This document shows positions 1 to 7,854 of a DNA stretch of 32,000 nt, one piece after another. The stretch spans positions 720,001 through 752,000 of the forward strand of contig JBDHVY010000001.1 of assembly GCA_039809905.1 (NCBI GenBank). Reading direction: 5' to 3'. The position numbers were made by a program, and so were the translations under genes. The stretch comes from Candidatus Babelota bacterium. GTDB lineage: Bacteria > Babelota > Babeliae > Babelales > Vermiphilaceae. The notes under the pieces are model-generated. The model was not told where the DNA came from. It worked only from the letters and a program-made list of their open reading frames with translations, and ran no database searches. The number at the start of each line of letters is the position of its first letter. Position 1 is the stretch's first letter.

Positions 1-303
1 GTTAAGGCCGCTTATATCATTTTTAAGTATAAGTTTTTTTTCACTTGCATTATAAAAAGCTATAGGAGGTCTTTCTGCTATTTCTGTTAATTTTGGTGAT
101 AAAAAAGTACTGATCTTCGGTTTTGTTACAGAAGATGCCACGGGTTCTTTTAGTTGTGCTGTTGGATAAAAAAATTTTTTTATAGAAGCAATGTAAGGAG
201 CAATTGTTTGCTTAAGTATACCTTGTTTTTGACTTTGCTCAGATGGTACAAGATAAGACATTATTCCTAATGAAAAACAGAATAATATAATTAACTTTTT
301 CAT
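1..303 (-). CDS. Hypothetical exported protein, C-terminus truncated by window edge (MKKLIILFCFSLGIMSYLVPSEQSQKQG...)
   Basis: Manual translation of the minus strand from ATG at 301-303 stays open for 101 codons to the window edge; hydrophobic N-terminus. Absent from the ORF track, probably because the stop lies outside the window. Confidence 0.7.
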   Translation of the reverse strand, partial: MKKLIILFCFSLGIMSYLVPSEQSQKQGILKQTIAPYIASIKKFFYPTAQLKEPVASSVTKPKISTFLSPKLTEIAERPPIAFYNASEKKLILKNDISGLN

Positions 304-342
304 AAATACAATCCTTATAGCTGCAATTTTTCAGATTTGTAT

Positions 343-1179
343 TTATTGTAAAAGATGCAACGAGTTGTTTTCAACTTTTTGCGATTTATTAATAAGTTGA
401 GGAATATATTTTATGGTAATGGGCTTGCATGGTTTGCTATAAGGTTTTTTTGTGATCTTTGGATAATTAAGACGTCGTGCTTCTTTTGTAATAAGCAAGG
501 GCACTTTTTGCAGGCTGGCATTATATATTTCGGTTATAGTTATGTGTTGTTTTTGATTATGAGGAACATACGGGATAATTGATAAATTGATCGGAGTTGC
601 TTTTTGTGGAATTGGTGAACACATGAAAGATTCTTCATCATCAGAATAAGATTGATAATCATCAGAATAAGAAGATTCATCAATTGAAGATTCATCAGAT
701 AAATCTTCTGAGTTTTCTTCATTTTTTTGTAGAGTTTTTATGAAAGATTGCTTATTAATATATCTTATTTTATAACGTTCTTCAGGTTCTCCGTTTTTTG
801 TTTTTGTATCTTGTACCTTTATTTCTGGATCTATGGCTTTTGGTATAATGGTATTTTTGCTGGTTTCGATTTTATTTTTTTTAATGAGAATAATATATGT
901 CCATATTTTTTTGAAAAAAAAACAGATCATAGAATGCAAAGATTGTGAGCGCATTGAAAATATATCGTTATAATTTTGAGTGCTTGCAATTATTCTGCTC
1001 ATCTCAATTTTTCTTATGTGGTTAAATAATTGAGAGCATTGATGATACTTTTGTTTTGTATATGTTTGAACATGAAATAAGAATGAATGGGAGGTATTGT
1101 TTTCCTCGCCTGTGCAATAGCTAAAGAATAATAAAAAGAGTAGTGATATGTTGTTTCGATAACAATAATCTTTTTTCAT
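343..1179 (-). CDS. Hypothetical protein, 278 aa, probable N-terminal signal sequence; Ser/Asp/Glu-rich middle
   Basis: Long ORF; N-terminus MKKDYCYRNNISLLFLLFFSYCTG; acidic SDESSIDESSYSDDYQSYSDDEE stretch. Confidence 0.7.
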   Translation of the reverse strand: MKKDYCYRNNISLLFLLFFSYCTGEENNTSHSFLFHVQTYTKQKYHQCSQLFNHIRKIEMSRIIASTQNYNDIFSMRSQSLHSMICFFFKKIWTYIILIKKNKIETSKNTIIPKAIDPEIKVQDTKTKNGEPEERYKIRYINKQSFIKTLQKNEENSEDLSDESSIDESSYSDDYQSYSDDEESFMCSPIPQKATPINLSIIPYVPHNQKQHITITEIYNASLQKVPLLITKEARRLNYPKITKKPYSKPCKPITIKYIPQLINKSQKVENNSLHLLQ

Positions 1180-1207
1180 ATCATACTCCTTTTTGTATAG
1201 CTACTAC

Positions 1208-2233
1208 TTAATATATATCCAAAGTCAAATCTGAGTATTTACCTTGTTGTGCTTTATAATTACCCACAAAAGCAATCATTGCAGCATTATCAGTACAGAA
1301 TGCACGAGACGGATGAAAAAAAGGAATATTACGAGATTCTGTGCATGATTTTAATCGTCCAACAATATAATTATTACAAGCAACACCACCAACAAAAGCT
1401 AAGGCTTTAATATCAGGATAGTTGTGTAGAGCGAGCACTATTTTTTGTTCAAAAATATCTGCCATACATACTAATAATGAACTAGCAACTTCCTTTTGTA
1501 ATTGTATGTCATCTGGTCGCAAAAATGTTTTTGTTTCTAAATCATATCCACCGCGTCGTACTAAATCATAGAGTACAGCTGTTTTAAGTCCAGAAAAGCT
1601 AAAATCCAATGTTTTATGTTTTGATCGGGGATAATGATAAAAATCTTGGAAATTAACATCTCGCGCAAGTTTTTCAATAACTGGTCCACCGGGATAAGGC
1701 AGATTCATTAATTTTGCAATTTTATCAAAGGCTTCACCTGCTGCATCATCCTGTGTTTCACCAAGAACTTCATAATCTCCGAAATTTTTTATGAGATACA
1801 ATGATGTATGCCCACCTGATGCAGTCAAACAAAGATAAGGGAATGGAACATTATGTTCTATTCCCGTTGAAAACGCATGGCCTTCTAAGTGATTAATGCC
1901 AATTAGTTTTTTGTTTTTTGCCCATGCAAGTGATTTTGCAAAGCACACGCCCACCAATAATGATCCGGGAAGACCTGGCTTATGAGTAGCGGCAATAACA
2001 TCTACATCGTCAAGTGTTATGCGTGCAAGCTCAAGGGCTTGGCTGACAATTGGATTAATTTTTTCCAATTGCGATCGTGATGCAAGTTCTGGAACAACAC
2101 CGCCAAAATGTTTATGTAAATCTATCTGAGAATATAATGTGCTTGAAAGCAAACCATGCTCGCTGTGATAAACTGCGGCAGCTGTTTCATCGCATGATGT
2201 TTCAATGCCAAGAGTAATAAAAGGTGTTTTCAT
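1208..2233 (-). CDS. tsaD: tRNA N6-adenosine threonylcarbamoyltransferase TsaD
   Basis: TLGIETSCDETAAAVY, HLEGHAFSTG, CLTASGGHTSLYL, FSGLKTAVLY, AFVGGVACNNYI and CTDNAAMIAFVG are characteristic TsaD/Kae1 motifs. Confidence 0.97.
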   Translation of the reverse strand: MKTPFITLGIETSCDETAAAVYHSEHGLLSSTLYSQIDLHKHFGGVVPELASRSQLEKINPIVSQALELARITLDDVDVIAATHKPGLPGSLLVGVCFAKSLAWAKNKKLIGINHLEGHAFSTGIEHNVPFPYLCLTASGGHTSLYLIKNFGDYEVLGETQDDAAGEAFDKIAKLMNLPYPGGPVIEKLARDVNFQDFYHYPRSKHKTLDFSFSGLKTAVLYDLVRRGGYDLETKTFLRPDDIQLQKEVASSLLVCMADIFEQKIVLALHNYPDIKALAFVGGVACNNYIVGRLKSCTESRNIPFFHPSRAFCTDNAAMIAFVGNYKAQQGKYSDLTLDIY

Positions 2234-2234
2234 A

Positions 2235-2930
2235 TTATGTAATTAAATCCATAATAAGAATGCGTTTTTTATCAGAGATAGTTTGCGTTTTACGGCGCAC
2301 GGGCGAATGAATAATTTTAGAATCGAGTGCAGTTAGTTCTAGTTTTACCAATGCTTCCTTAAAATCTTCTTGCGTAAGGCCAAGTTCACTAATTGTATTG
2401 TTGAGATACAATGTTGGCAGTTCTACGGCAGAACCACCTTTTAAGTCTTGAATCCACTCAGGATAGCACTCAATAATAAGCGTTCGATCAGGTATTTGTC
2501 CTGTTTCTGGTAATTTTTCTTCTTTTATTTCCCATGCTCCATCAACAAAATCGAGTGAATAGTATTTATAGTCTGATTTTGGATTTATTTTGAGATAATC
2601 GACAGTATTTTGCAATTCTTCTTGATCAGGGAACTGCTTGAGCTGATATTCAATTTTTGCTGCAGTAACAAGAACATCAAAGTGCCATTGATCGCTGTTT
2701 TTGGGGATTTCAAAGGTTATTTTGGGGCTAGTAGCCTCATGAGAGCTCGTAATAACCTCGGTTCCACTATATACAACATTCAGGCGTGCTAATGTTGATT
2801 CTTTACTATATTGAATGGTGCATCCTAGCTGAGAGGGCACCCCTAACAAGCTGGAGGCTGTTGAAAGAATAGCTAAAATAAGAGATAATGATCTATAAGA
2901 GGTTATTTTTATTGTTTTCATTTTGTACAC
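2235..2930 (-). CDS. Hypothetical exported protein, 231 aa
   Basis: ORF directly upstream of tsaD on the same strand, 1 nt apart; hydrophobic N-terminal segment SYRSLSLILAILSTASSLLG. Confidence 0.65.
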   Translation of the reverse strand: MYKMKTIKITSYRSLSLILAILSTASSLLGVPSQLGCTIQYSKESTLARLNVVYSGTEVITSSHEATSPKITFEIPKNSDQWHFDVLVTAAKIEYQLKQFPDQEELQNTVDYLKINPKSDYKYYSLDFVDGAWEIKEEKLPETGQIPDRTLIIECYPEWIQDLKGGSAVELPTLYLNNTISELGLTQEDFKEALVKLELTALDSKIIHSPVRRKTQTISDKKRILIMDLIT

Positions 2931-3055
2931 CTATTTTTGTAATTTGTTAGTATACATCGTTACATGTAATCCAAATTCAGCGGGTTATGAAACTATGATA
3001 GCTTAAAGATTTTTTAATTTCAATTGCTATACATCTTCGGTATAAAAGGTTTTTT

Positions 3056-3658
3056 ATGATTTTTAAACGTATTCATTCATTCATCTCTCGTATTGTTGCG
3101 TATGAAAAATCTCCTAAGAGATTAGCTTTTACGTGTGCTTTGGGTATTTATATTGGCATTTCACCTCTTGTTGGATTACATACGGTAATGGTTTTCTTCT
3201 TTGGATGGATGTTTGCGTTGAGTATTCCCGTGCTTTTTACTGTTTCTATGATGATACACAATCCGTGGACGATGATGCCCGTCTATGCCCTTGACCATCT
3301 TTTTGGTAAATGGTTATTTACTTGTCTTGATATTGATTATTTGCAGTGGGATCCTATATGGGTAGAATCCTGTAATGCTTTTTTGAAGGAGCATACAGGT
3401 ATTACTGGCCTTTCTTTATCAGCATTTTTTATTGGTGGAAATTTGCTAGCCATAGGAACTAGTGTTATGCTGTATCCTATTATGAAGCGGGTTTTTACAC
3501 AATATTTCGACTATACTTCCAATGTAACTTCGTGTAACACTTCCTTCTGTGCTCAAGCTTGCGACTTCGCCAAGGCTTCTTCGGATGTATCGGTGGAAAA
3601 ATCATTTTTACATAGAAATTCTACTAAAGAACAGTATGAAAATAATATCACAAAATAA
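3056..3658 (+). CDS. DUF2062-like small membrane protein, 200 aa
   Basis: SPKRLAFTCALGIYIGISPLVGLHTVMVFFFGWMFALSIPVLFTVSMMIHNPWTMMPVYALDHLFGKWL resembles the DUF2062 pattern. Confidence 0.75.
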   Translation: MIFKRIHSFISRIVAYEKSPKRLAFTCALGIYIGISPLVGLHTVMVFFFGWMFALSIPVLFTVSMMIHNPWTMMPVYALDHLFGKWLFTCLDIDYLQWDPIWVESCNAFLKEHTGITGLSLSAFFIGGNLLAIGTSVMLYPIMKRVFTQYFDYTSNVTSCNTSFCAQACDFAKASSDVSVEKSFLHRNSTKEQYENNITK

Positions 3659-4088
3659 AAAAGCATTTCATGATTATGATATTTTAGAGAAGATTGAAGC
3701 AGGTATAGTACTGACAGGTGATGAAGTTAAATCATTACGCGCAGGCAATGTTTCAATGATTGGTTCATTTGCGTCAATTCGTCATGGAGAAATGACGCTG
3801 GTTAACTGCCGAATTGCACCGTATGAAAAAGCTTATCAAAAAGATGAAGAAGCGGCATCACGTACACGTATTTTGTTGCTTCATAAACGTCAAATCTTAA
3901 AGCTCATTGGTGAAATTGCCCAAAAGGGCATTACTGTTGTTCCACTTATGTTTTATTTTAATGATAAAAGTAAGATTAAGGTGCAACTAGGTATTGCTAA
4001 ACATAAAAAAGCTCCGAGCAAGAAAAAAGAACTCAAAGAGCGTGATATTAACCGCGAGACAAACCGAGCGATGAAAGAAGCTCGATAA
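3636..4088 (+). CDS. smpB: SsrA-binding protein SmpB (start trimmed from the 3549 ORF call)
   Basis: MKIISQNKKAFHDYDILEKIEAGIVLTGDEVKSLRAGNVSMIGSFA... and C-terminal KKKELKERDINRETNRAMKEAR. ATG at 3636 matches the family N-terminus. Confidence 0.95.
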   Translation: MKIISQNKKAFHDYDILEKIEAGIVLTGDEVKSLRAGNVSMIGSFASIRHGEMTLVNCRIAPYEKAYQKDEEAASRTRILLLHKRQILKLIGEIAQKGITVVPLMFYFNDKSKIKVQLGIAKHKKAPSKKKELKERDINRETNRAMKEAR

Positions 4089-4121
4089 AGTATTATTAAT
4101 TATCATAGTTAGGGATGATCG

Positions 4122-4760
4122 ATGAAAAAGTTGCTGTATGTGGCATTAATTTGTTGTACTGCACAAGAATCACTTGGTATAGATTGGAATTTGAGAAGAT
4201 TTGTGCCAGCTGAAAAAGTTACTAAAAGATGTCATCAAGAACCACGTGCATGGTTGTGGTTTAATAAAAGTGATGTTGAAAAGGCATGTAATTGTCTTGA
4301 TGCTGATTTAGATATCATTAGGCAAGCCCGTGATGTAGCTCTTGAAGCTAATGCAGCTTCTTTAGAGCCTAACGTTGAAATAATAAATAAATTTTTAACT
4401 GAATCATCATCAAAGATGATGGATGAACAACAAGTGAGAACAGCAATAAATACCATATTTTCTTATGAAAGTGCTGAAGCCCGTGAAGAAGAAGTCAGGC
4501 GATTTATTGCTGCTCGAGCTAATCGTATGCTTGATTTTTTCGAAGGTGGGGCTAGAAGTCGAAATTCTGCAATGCTAAAGCATTCAAGACTCAATTTAGT
4601 AGAGGCTGCAGCTAAGTATAAAACTGTAGCGATTGAGGATGGTGCAAAGACTGATGCTGTCCTGATAAAAGATTGGATGGAAAACGGCAGAACCGAGGCT
4701 CAATGCCGAGAGATGATTACAACAATGTATCAAATGTATCCTGAACTGAGAAATAAATAA
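4122..4760 (+). CDS. Hypothetical exported protein, 212 aa
   Basis: N-terminal signal-like MKKLLYVALICCTAQESLG; coding between smpB and a strong hairpin terminator. Confidence 0.7.
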   Translation: MKKLLYVALICCTAQESLGIDWNLRRFVPAEKVTKRCHQEPRAWLWFNKSDVEKACNCLDADLDIIRQARDVALEANAASLEPNVEIINKFLTESSSKMMDEQQVRTAINTIFSYESAEAREEEVRRFIAARANRMLDFFEGGARSRNSAMLKHSRLNLVEAAAKYKTVAIEDGAKTDAVLIKDWMENGRTEAQCREMITTMYQMYPELRNK

Positions 4761-4782
4761 TTGCAGTTCAATAGATCTGTAA

Positions 4783-4822
4783 AAAAAAGAATACGTGCCT
4801 TAAAAAGCACGTATTCTTTTTT
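4783..4822 (+). terminator. Rho-independent terminator
   Basis: AAAAAAGAATACGTGC-CTTAAAAA-GCACGTATTCTTTTTT, near-perfect stem with T-run, downstream of the ORF ending at 4760. Confidence 0.85.
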
Positions 4823-4954
4823 TTCTGGGTTCTCGCATGAAGGGCTGATGAAGCTATCAGGCACCTAAGTGGTATAGTTTCAGTTTGAAATTTATTTAGA
4901 ATAATGTATTATGAGTAATAATATAGTAAATTAACTTACTTTAGGGGATAAGTT

Positions 4955-5395
4955 ATGAATTCAAAAATACTGTTGATATTAGGTTTGAGTGCAATGGCAC
5001 ATATAGGGGCTACTTCAGAGCAATATCCGAATTTGAGCGAAAGAATGTGTCCAAAAGCAGCTATTTTGCAAGCCTGTGAAGAAAACGATGCGGCATGGCG
5101 TTTTTCTTACGATAAAACGATCGCAGAAAAGTGTCAAAGAATTGATAAAACGATTCCTTTTCTTTTGCAATGGATGGACAAGCAACCTTTTACGACAAAG
5201 GGAGAATCTCTTGTTTTTGAGAAAAGACAATTTTTGTTAGAGTATCTTTCAGATTTTGATACTTATAGACAATTGGAAAACGACATAGATATCATATTAA
5301 AAAACAAATTATTGACATCATTTGAAAGAAAACAAGTATCAAAAGATGTACATGAATATATATTGAGTGCTGCACGATCATTGGATCGAAAATAA
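4955..5395 (+). CDS. Small exported Cys-containing protein, 146 aa
   Basis: Signal-like MNSKILLILGLSAMAHIGA; resembles the 6475..6909 product in the QxCE...C.R layout and C-terminal RxxxxDIxIIL segment. Confidence 0.7.
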   Translation: MNSKILLILGLSAMAHIGATSEQYPNLSERMCPKAAILQACEENDAAWRFSYDKTIAEKCQRIDKTIPFLLQWMDKQPFTTKGESLVFEKRQFLLEYLSDFDTYRQLENDIDIILKNKLLTSFERKQVSKDVHEYILSAARSLDRK

Positions 5396-5529
5396 TCCAA
5401 TGGTTGCTAAGATTTGCCTTTCCTGTTACCATTTGGATAATAAAGCCTGATGGATAAATTAAAAAATTAATATAATAGTTCTTTGAAAAATTTTGGTCAT
5501 ATTTTATCTCAATTATGGCTTGTCCTATT

Positions 5530-5561
5530 GGGGTCCCCATACGAGAATAACGAGGATGGGG
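5530..5561. repeat. Copy 1 of the GGGGTCCCC intergenic hairpin repeat
   Basis: GGGGTCCCCATACGAGAATAACGAGGATGGGG; CCCCAT/ATGGGG stem; ends 12 nt upstream of the tmRNA. Confidence 0.6.
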
Positions 5562-5573
5562 TATAAAAAATTT

Positions 5574-5949
5574 GGGGGCGTACTGGCTTCGACGTGTTGT
5601 TGGTCGCTTTGAGTGCATGTCGAGCGTTGATTAAGTGCTCGTTAAACAATTAATCAAAACAATAAATGCAGAAACTCATAGTTTCTCTGCACAACCTGCT
5701 TTCGGCTTAGCCTAAGCAATCGTGCCTTGTTGGGTTGACGTGTCTATCAGTTGAGCCAACACGTATAATACAAGATAGAATTCATTAAGCGAGGTTGAAC
5801 GGTTTAGTAGCTTAATGAGTATTATAAGCTGTCTTATATAACAATGCTGTGTCTTTGAGGTGTTATATACGTATAATCAAAGAATAAGCATGTAGTACTT
5901 GGGGTTATTTGCAGTGCGGACATGGGTTCGATTCCCATCGCCTCCACCA
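5574..5949 (+). ncRNA. ssrA: Transfer-messenger RNA (tmRNA, one-piece)
   Basis: 5' GGGGGCGTACTGGCTTCGACG pairs (7 bp with one G-U) with 3' CGCCTCC-A-CCA; T-arm-like CATGGGTTCGATTCCCATG; encoded CCA; embedded tag ORF. Confidence 0.97.
5668..5715 (+). other. tmRNA proteolysis tag reading frame, predicted tag (A)ETHSFSAQPAFGLA, stop TAA
   Basis: GCA GAA ACT CAT AGT TTC TCT GCA CAA CCT GCT TTC GGC TTA GCC TAA at the expected position in the tmRNA. Confidence 0.8.
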
Positions 5950-6018
5950 GCCTACGCATAAAGCTACGGCTGGCGCGGCCATTGTTTTAAAAGTTTATAC
6001 TTTATTTCTCAATTCGTT

Positions 6019-6070
6019 CGCCCTGAATGTCCTATGAAGCTTTTTAGCGAAATAGGATGTATCTAAGGGG
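6019..6070. repeat. Imperfect palindromic intergenic element downstream of tmRNA
   Basis: CGCCCTGAATGTCCTATGAAGCTTTTTAGCGAAATAGGATGTATCTAAGGGG; stem GTCCTAT/ATAGGAT with outer CCCT/AGGG. Confidence 0.5.
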
Positions 6071-6098
6071 TAAATTTTAAATAAAAAAATTCGTTGGA

Positions 6099-6449
6099 AT
6101 GCTCATGAAATTTATAAAAATAATATTGTTCATTTTCATTGCTCAAACATCTCTTTTAAATGCTATTATTAGTTCTGATAAAGAAGATCTTATTTGGACA
6201 ATGGTTTGTCTATGCCCAGCTCTCAAGCAAGTTGATTCAGTTGAATCTCTTGAAGCGGCAGCGCAACGTTTTGCCAAAACTCTCGATGAGAGTGGAATCA
6301 ATCCATTTAAAAAAAATGAAAATGGCGAAACATTAGTGCAAATTGCGGAAAGAAATTACCGCGAAACTCAAAAGCCTGTGTGTAAAATGGTTTTTGATGA
6401 ATTGAAAAAATATGAAGAGCGGTATGTTCAAAAACAATTAAAAATATAG
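6099..6449 (+). CDS. Small exported protein, 116 aa
   Basis: Signal-like MLMKFIKIILFIFIAQTSLLNA; mature part has three Cys. Confidence 0.65.
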   Translation: MLMKFIKIILFIFIAQTSLLNAIISSDKEDLIWTMVCLCPALKQVDSVESLEAAAQRFAKTLDESGINPFKKNENGETLVQIAERNYRETQKPVCKMVFDELKKYEERYVQKQLKI

Positions 6450-6474
6450 TTGTAGAGTTGAACTGGATATATCA

Positions 6475-6909
6475 ATGAAACGATTGTTTTTAATTTTAGC
6501 TTTAAATTCTGTGCAAACAATTGTTTCCAGCGATAATAAATATCCCTATATCAAACATTATCTCCCTCAAAATTCTCAGTTGTTTCAACAATGTGAAAAA
6601 GATCAATTTGGTATGTCGAAGAACCAAGAAATTACTCCAGCCTGTACACGTTTAAATAATGCACATCCTACAATTCGAGCTGTAGTTGCTCAGGGCTTAT
6701 CAAAAAGAAAACCATTCTTGAGTCCTGTAGACTATCTTTTAGCTCAAAGAACTTTGGCACGACATCTGCTGAATCAGCAAAACACTCGTAATTCCATGCG
6801 CAGAGATATAAAGATTATTCTCAGTTCTTTACACCCATCTGAGTGGGATATAAAAAGAGAAGAAGAGATTGCCAAAGTAGCTTTGATGATAGCTGCAGAA
6901 GGCAAATAA
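6475..6909 (+). CDS. Small exported Cys-containing protein, 144 aa; probable paralog of 4955..5395
   Basis: Signal-like MKRLFLILALNSVQTIVSS; FQQCEKD...CTRLN and RRDIKIILSSLHPSEWDIKREEEIAKVALMIAAE resemble the 4955 product. Confidence 0.7.
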   Translation: MKRLFLILALNSVQTIVSSDNKYPYIKHYLPQNSQLFQQCEKDQFGMSKNQEITPACTRLNNAHPTIRAVVAQGLSKRKPFLSPVDYLLAQRTLARHLLNQQNTRNSMRRDIKIILSSLHPSEWDIKREEEIAKVALMIAAEGK

Positions 6910-6937
6910 AAATAAGGCTTACTCACAGGAAAAAAGA

Positions 6938-7444
6938 ATGCTAGATGAACTACTAGATATCATTGATGAACATGGTCAAGTTATTGGTCAAAAAACACGT
7001 TCTGAAATTTACCGTCAAGGATTATCCAATTTTAGAGTTGTAAATGCTTTCCTGATAAATGATAATGGTGAGCTTTGGATTCCTCGACGTTCTAAGAATA
7101 AGCGACTCTTTCCATTGTGTCTTGATGCAAGCATGGGAGGCCATGTGGAAGCAGGAGAGACTTATCATCAGGCTTTTATGCGTGAATTGATGGAAGAATT
7201 ACGTATTGACGCCGATTCTGTACCATATGAATATATTGGTGCCTTAAATCCACATCAGCATAATACATCAGCATTTATGCAAGTTTATTTGTTACGCACT
7301 AATACTGTTCCAAATTATAACCGCGATGATTTTACTGAATATTATTGGCTAAAACCACAAGATTTATTAGATCGTCTTATTACGGGTGATACCTGCAAAA
7401 ATGATTTGCCTCGTATTGTCAAAAATCTTTTGATGAGATTATAA
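6938..7444 (+). CDS. Nudix hydrolase, IPP-isomerase-like subgroup, 168 aa
   Basis: LLDIIDEHGQVIGQKTRSEIYRQGLSNFRVVNAFLIN...GGHVEAGETYHQAFMRELMEELRID, Nudix box with a change at the glycine after EE. Confidence 0.88.
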   Translation: MLDELLDIIDEHGQVIGQKTRSEIYRQGLSNFRVVNAFLINDNGELWIPRRSKNKRLFPLCLDASMGGHVEAGETYHQAFMRELMEELRIDADSVPYEYIGALNPHQHNTSAFMQVYLLRTNTVPNYNRDDFTEYYWLKPQDLLDRLITGDTCKNDLPRIVKNLLMRL

Positions 7445-7539
7445 AAAATATTTTTCTAATAATCTAAAGCAATAGACAACATTATGGTAAACAATAAATA
7501 TTTTGATTTGATGCTCAAAATAAAAAAGGGTAGTTCATT

Positions 7540-7803
7540 TTATTGCATCAAATAAAAAATTTTATGCCAAAGACGCAGAAACGTATCGGTTCTATGTGAG
7601 GGCCATGCATTAAAGCAGTCCAGTAAAAAAGCCCATAAACCAAGAAAACATACAAACATGACTAAATCCATCAAAGAAATGTTAAAATATTGAGCAAGTA
7701 ATTTGCCGATAGAAAAAATTAGATTGGGTATAAATATATTTATTATTCGTTTAAGCCATTTAAGTATGTTCATTACCATTCCTGTTGTGTAATTTCTGGG
7801 CAA
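7540..7803 (-). CDS. Hypothetical small membrane protein, 87 aa
   Basis: ORF with a hydrophobic segment (LVMFVCFLGLWAFLLDCF); short, so weaker support. Confidence 0.4.
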   Translation of the reverse strand: MPRNYTTGMVMNILKWLKRIINIFIPNLIFSIGKLLAQYFNISLMDLVMFVCFLGLWAFLLDCFNAWPSHRTDTFLRLWHKIFYLMQ

Positions 7804-7854
7804 GACAATAACATATATTACCTAAATGGTAAACAAAGAATTGAATTAAAAAAT

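Noticed and set aside
5292-5618. 108-aa plus-strand ORF overlapping the tmRNA 5' end
   Set aside because: Overlaps the 4955..5395 CDS in another frame and runs into the tmRNA; no signal or domain support.
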